The notes under the pieces were generated by a model. It saw only the letters and a list, made by a program, of their open reading frames with translations. It was not told the origin of the DNA and did no database searches. Position numbers and translations under genes: made by a program. Positions 62,867 to 64,000 of a DNA stretch of 64,000 bases are shown here, piece by piece (position 1 is the first letter of the stretch; every line of letters starts with the position of its first letter). Source of the stretch: a virus (taxonomy: Duplodnaviria > Caudoviricetes); the IMG/VR virus record IMGVR_UViG_3300044506_000032, positions 9,814 through 73,813 of that record; one strand, written 5' to 3'.

Positions 62867-64000
62867 ATGAGCACCTACACCTACCAGGCGACCGACCTGA
62901 TCAGCGGCAGGGTGCTCGCCGACCACATCCCGCTGACCGTCGAGTCGTTCAGCATGCAGCTCAACGGCTCCGGCACCCTCACCGGTCACCTCACCCTCAA
63001 CGAGCCGTACGCCGTCAACCGACCGTTCGTCTCGGCCCTCGAGTGCCGGCGTGCCGTCCTGTGGGTCTTGCAGGACGGCTACCCGGTGTGGGCCGGTGTC
63101 GTCTGGGACTGGCCGCACAGCAGCCTCAGCCAGGGCGTTCTCCCGATCTCGGCGCAGACCCTGGACACGATCTGGTCGCACAGGAACATCACCGACACGA
63201 TCGAGTACCAGGCTGTTGACCTCGGCACAGCGTTCTTGGACTTGGTCTCCTACGGCCTGTCCAAGCAGTCCAGCTACATCGCCACCGGCGTCTCCCCCGC
63301 TGCCACACGGGATCCTGCCTACCTGGCTATGGTCGCCGCGAACGGCCCGGTAGCGCGGCTGGTCCTTCCCTCGGGCGCCGCTGCCATGGCTGGCGCGCCG
63401 TGGACCGCGTCGTACGTGTGGAGTGATCAGACGCAGATCAGCTCGGCGTGGCAGGACATGTGCGCCTCCGGCCAGCTGGAGTGGGCTTTCGTGCCCGGGC
63501 TGGATTCCACCGGCGACCTGGCCGTGTTCGTCCACTTGGCCTACCTGCAGCTCGGCCGCCCGGCCACGCAGGCCGGGTACGCGCTCGTCTACCCGGGCAA
63601 CGTCTTGGACTACGGGTACCAGCGCACCGGAAGCCAGTCCAGCAACATGGTCTGGGCGACCGCACCGCCGAACGGCAGCTCGCAGCAATGGCAGAGCACG
63701 TACCCGCACGGCGCCGACACTGCCGACTTGGCGGCCGGCTACCCGCTGATGGAGTCGACCGTCAGCTGGCAGGGCTCGGTCGTCACCGGCCAGGGCCAGA
63801 TCAACACGTGGGCGGACGGCCAAGTAGCGCTCAAGACACAGGCGATGACGCTGCCGGTCATCAGCGTGGGCGGGTCCGGGCTGCCGCGGCTGCGAGACAT
63901 CGTCCTGGGCGACTCAACCACGCTCGTCGCCACTTCCCCCCTGCACCCGCCGATGCCCAATGGCGCGCCCGGCCTGCAGCAGCAGGTCCGCGTGACGGGC
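62867..64000 (+). CDS. Minor tail/baseplate hub protein (ReqiPepy6 gp37-like), truncated by window end
   Basis: DLISGRVLA..LNGSG.L..VWAGVVW; frame open to the end of the window. Confidence 0.75.
   Translation, partial: MSTYTYQATDLISGRVLADHIPLTVESFSMQLNGSGTLTGHLTLNEPYAVNRPFVSALECRRAVLWVLQDGYPVWAGVVWDWPHSSLSQGVLPISAQTLDTIWSHRNITDTIEYQAVDLGTAFLDLVSYGLSKQSSYIATGVSPAATRDPAYLAMVAANGPVARLVLPSGAAAMAGAPWTASYVWSDQTQISSAWQDMCASGQLEWAFVPGLDSTGDLAVFVHLAYLQLGRPATQAGYALVYPGNVLDYGYQRTGSQSSNMVWATAPPNGSSQQWQSTYPHGADTADLAAGYPLMESTVSWQGSVVTGQGQINTWADGQVALKTQAMTLPVISVGGSGLPRLRDIVLGDSTTLVATSPLHPPMPNGAPGLQQQVRVTG

Noticed and set aside
1-64000. Genome-wide TAG reassignment to explain the two in-frame ambers
   Set aside because: Many genes end cleanly at TAG with the next gene following (e.g. 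2183, 45900, 52709, 53076, 53421, 62866)
60866-64000. Diversity-generating retroelement or invertible tail cassette
   Set aside because: No reverse transcriptase, template/variable repeat pair or invertase in the window

Overview
High-GC actinomycete (Streptomycetaceae-like) temperate siphophage or prophage region. Layout: (1) 1-11.7 kb, a rightward early operon of small accessory genes (SLOG, DUF4326, Ead/Ea22-like, sigma-like protein, Zn-ribbon regulator, permuted NlpC/P60). (2) 11.7-24 kb, a convergent leftward early and replication arm (Cro-like, HTH replication initiator with internal iterons, DnaB, PAPS-reductase-like PP-loop protein, vWA, MazG-like), interrupted by an island of single-gene cassettes. 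(3) 24-30 kb, the immunity switch plus a lysogeny-type island (palindrome cluster, TA-like pair, XRE-TPR regulator with small peptides, GNAT, GIY-YIG). (4) 30-38.7 kb, a rightward operon carrying a Streptomyces plasmid/AICE-type conjugation module (SpdA-like, TraA-like, TraB FtsK translocase, Spd-like) with a clustered 8-mer that may be its recognition sequence. (5) 38.7-64 kb, the late operon: tail-fibre-like protein and GH26 hydrolase ahead of terminase, portal, minor capsid, scaffold, capsid, GIY-YIG homing endonuclease, neck and tail genes, tape measure, antisense lipoprotein, Dit and minor tail proteins. No integrase, att site, tRNA, CRISPR array or endolysin was recognised in the window. 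Strongest leads: a phage with an apparently cis-complete TraB transfer system; paralogous mini-repressor switches sharing one operator motif; DNA-damage-type leaderless promoters; an in-frame amber codon at the start of the tape measure gene; and a recoded capsid patch beside the homing endonuclease. All family calls come from motif recognition by eye, with no database search.
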